A stretch of DNA of 64,000 nucleotides from positions 192,001-256,000 of the forward strand of contig CAWDSK010000006.1 of NCBI GenBank assembly GCA_963804995.1, written 5' to 3'. Numbering within the stretch: the first letter of the stretch is position 1; every line of letters begins with the position of its first letter. Under the pieces are notes generated by a model. That model had not been told where the DNA came from. It worked only from the letters and a program-made list of their open reading frames with translations, and did no database searches. This DNA is from an uncultured Acidobacteriota bacterium (GTDB lineage: Bacteria; Acidobacteriota; Terriglobia; UBA7540). Position numbers and translations under genes: made by a program. Shown here piece by piece: positions 61,925-64,000 of the stretch.

Positions 61925-63154
61925 CTACGGAATTGTCGCAACGTAAATCGCGGTCGAGTCACCGCTGGTCGTGGAAGCGATGAACGCCGCATTCTGCTGG
62001 GCATCGCTCGCGAGCGAGAGGATAGGTTTGCCGGGCGCAGACTGGGTGATAGGCTGAAAATCCTCAGGAGTGGTGAGCCGGTTCAATTGACATTCGCAGT
62101 AACAGAAGAGGCCCACGTCGCTCGGCGCATCGTCGGGCGCCGCAGCAATCAGCAGGCCTCCGCGCGGGCCGATCGTCAAGCTTTCGATTCCGGCCAGCGA
62201 CTTGGTAGGCGTGAGCCCCGGCAATTTTTTGGCTTGCACGGGTTTCGAGGGGTCACCCGCCAGCAGGGCAGTTTGAACGCTGCCGCCCTCGAGATACACC
62301 AGCAGCATCTGGACCGGCTCCACCCGCGTCCGCGCGGCCAGAATCTCTGTGGTGGCGGTGGTCTCAGGTGGTGGCTGCAGCTCCGAAAATGTCTGGATGG
62401 CGATAGCGCGAAAGAACTGCTCCAAGGCTTCACCGGGCGAGGCCCCGTGGCGCAGGAACGCCGCCTCATCCTTGCTGAAGAAGAACGGTTCGAGCAAATC
62501 CGAGAGCTTTATCCCCTCCGGTAACTGGAGCGCTTGCAGGCCACGCGGGCTCCACAAGAAGAGGCCGCTGCCGGAGCTCTTACCTGACCAGCGCGCCCCG
62601 AATAACACGTTCCCATCGGAGAAGATGAGTGGGGCGGAAAACGCTTCAAACTTCGCCTCGGGCAGGCCGGGGGGGGCAGCCAGATTGTCGGCAATCTCCC
62701 TCGCCTTCCCGCCTTCTTCCCGCACCACCACGATTTTCGGCACATCGTCACGGTCGGATACGAGCGTGGCCGTGAAGGCAATCACCCCGGCGTCATTCAT
62801 GCTGGGAGCACTGAAGCCATCGTACACGCCGCGAGGGTTTGGCCCCACCAGACCCTGAAAGGCCACCACCGTAAAGCTGACGCCGGTTGACCGCACCACG
62901 GCTCGCAATTCGCTGCGGGGACTGCGTAAGCTGGTGAGGAAGATAATGTCCTGGTTCGGCGTCATTGAAAGGTTCGAAAACGGACCGAAAACGAAACCTG
63001 TGTGCCCCGGTACTCCCGTTCCGCTCTGCAGAAGCAACCGCGTGTTGGCTTGGGCAAAAGCCGTGATTGCACCTGCCCCCACTAGCCATAGCCCAAACGC
63101 CAACACCACCAGTGCCCGCCTGCCAAGCTCCAACCCCTTTTGCTCTGGACTCAA
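61925..63154 (-). CDS. Secreted hypothetical protein (beta-propeller-like repeats)
   Basis: Signal peptide; repeated FSAPS/FSAPL...G..F units; GAGGAAGG upstream. Confidence 0.65.
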   Translation of the reverse strand: MSPEQKGLELGRRALVVLAFGLWLVGAGAITAFAQANTRLLLQSGTGVPGHTGFVFGPFSNLSMTPNQDIIFLTSLRSPRSELRAVVRSTGVSFTVVAFQGLVGPNPRGVYDGFSAPSMNDAGVIAFTATLVSDRDDVPKIVVVREEGGKAREIADNLAAPPGLPEAKFEAFSAPLIFSDGNVLFGARWSGKSSGSGLFLWSPRGLQALQLPEGIKLSDLLEPFFFSKDEAAFLRHGASPGEALEQFFRAIAIQTFSELQPPPETTATTEILAARTRVEPVQMLLVYLEGGSVQTALLAGDPSKPVQAKKLPGLTPTKSLAGIESLTIGPRGGLLIAAAPDDAPSDVGLFCYCECQLNRLTTPEDFQPITQSAPGKPILSLASDAQQNAAFIASTTSGDSTAIYVATIP

Positions 63155-63379
63155 GCTGCCTTCCTCGTCCTCTCTCCTACACAGGCACTGCCCCAGTATG
63201 AATCACCCCAAGGCCCTGCGCTCCCCGCCCACTGCAACGGGAACAGGCAACCTAGCACCGAGCTTTCCTGGGCGTCAAGGTGAATTCCGCCTTCGCTCAC
63301 CCGTCCCGCTCCGGCAGATAGGAGGAATTTAACTTAACCTGGAGCGCCTTCGACCGATGAGAGTAATCAGGAGATTCCT

Positions 63380-64000
63380 TTGCCCAACCGTCCCTGGAGG
63401 CCTACCGTCCCCCGCTCACTCACCACACAAATCCTCCTTTCGGTAGGAGTCGCTGCGGTGATTGTGTGGCGCGTTCCTTTTGGGAGCTTGCGGGCAGCTT
63501 TCCGTAACCTCCAGTATGGGAGCCTGCTGACGGCGATCGCTTGCTTTCTGGTCTTACTTTTCTTGCGCGCCTATAAGTGGCACCGCCTGATGGGCGCCGT
63601 CGGCACGGGACATCTCCGAAAATCGATGCGTTCCCTTTTCGGAGGTTTTGCCTTGGGATTGATAACGCCGGGGCGGTTGGGCGAATTGGGGCGCTGCGTC
63701 TTTGTCCGCGAGGAGGAGCGCGCCCAGGTGGCGCTGTTGACTCTGCTAGATCGGCTGCTGGATCTTTGGGCATTGCTCACGCTGGTGGGGGCCAGCCTGT
63801 TTTTCCTGGTACCTCACCCTGTTGCGATCTTCGGAGTCGCGGTGTGGCTGGCGCTGCTTCCCATGGTGATGAGCTTCCCCCGCCTCATCGGCCGTCTCTC
63901 TAAATTGGTGCGGAAGTCATGGCACTATCACGGGCATATGGCGGAAGCCGCAAAAGGGTTGCACGGTGTTCAGATTCCGGCTTTCGCGGTCCTGGCAGTG
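63380..64000 (+). CDS. Lysylphosphatidylglycerol-synthase TM/flippase-like membrane protein (runs off the window)
   Basis: AGGAG RBS and TTG start; LRAYKWHRL, GLITPGRLGELGR and DRLLDL motifs. Confidence 0.8.
   Translation, partial: MPNRPWRPTVPRSLTTQILLSVGVAAVIVWRVPFGSLRAAFRNLQYGSLLTAIACFLVLLFLRAYKWHRLMGAVGTGHLRKSMRSLFGGFALGLITPGRLGELGRCVFVREEERAQVALLTLLDRLLDLWALLTLVGASLFFLVPHPVAIFGVAVWLALLPMVMSFPRLIGRLSKLVRKSWHYHGHMAEAAKGLHGVQIPAFAVLAV

Overview
GC-rich bacterial chromosomal segment whose gene content (Oar-type TonB-dependent receptor, many Tat-exported sugar enzymes, DUF433/DUF5615 pairs) most resembles Acidobacteriota (Terriglobia); the taxon is an inference. It holds about 45 CDS, including a polysaccharide-utilisation-like locus (7.4-20.8 kb), a Tat-exported molybdo-flavoenzyme operon, chrA, a frameshifted MttB-family gene and typA. 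It also holds tRNA-Arg(UCG), tRNA-His, a complete ISKra4-family IS with a 9-bp target duplication, a decaying toxin-antitoxin cluster and several families of REP-like and 7-mer repeats. The highlight is a complete IS110-family (IS1111-like) element at 43586-45322. Its right end encodes a predicted ~190-nt bridge/seek RNA whose two loop segments match the element's own reconstructed insertion site (GCTGGCGC and GCGCTCTGAT around a CATC core), and this RNA overlaps the 3' end of the recombinase ORF. The element also carries an extra antisense structured RNA with its own promoter. All protein family calls are from motif recognition by eye, not database searches.
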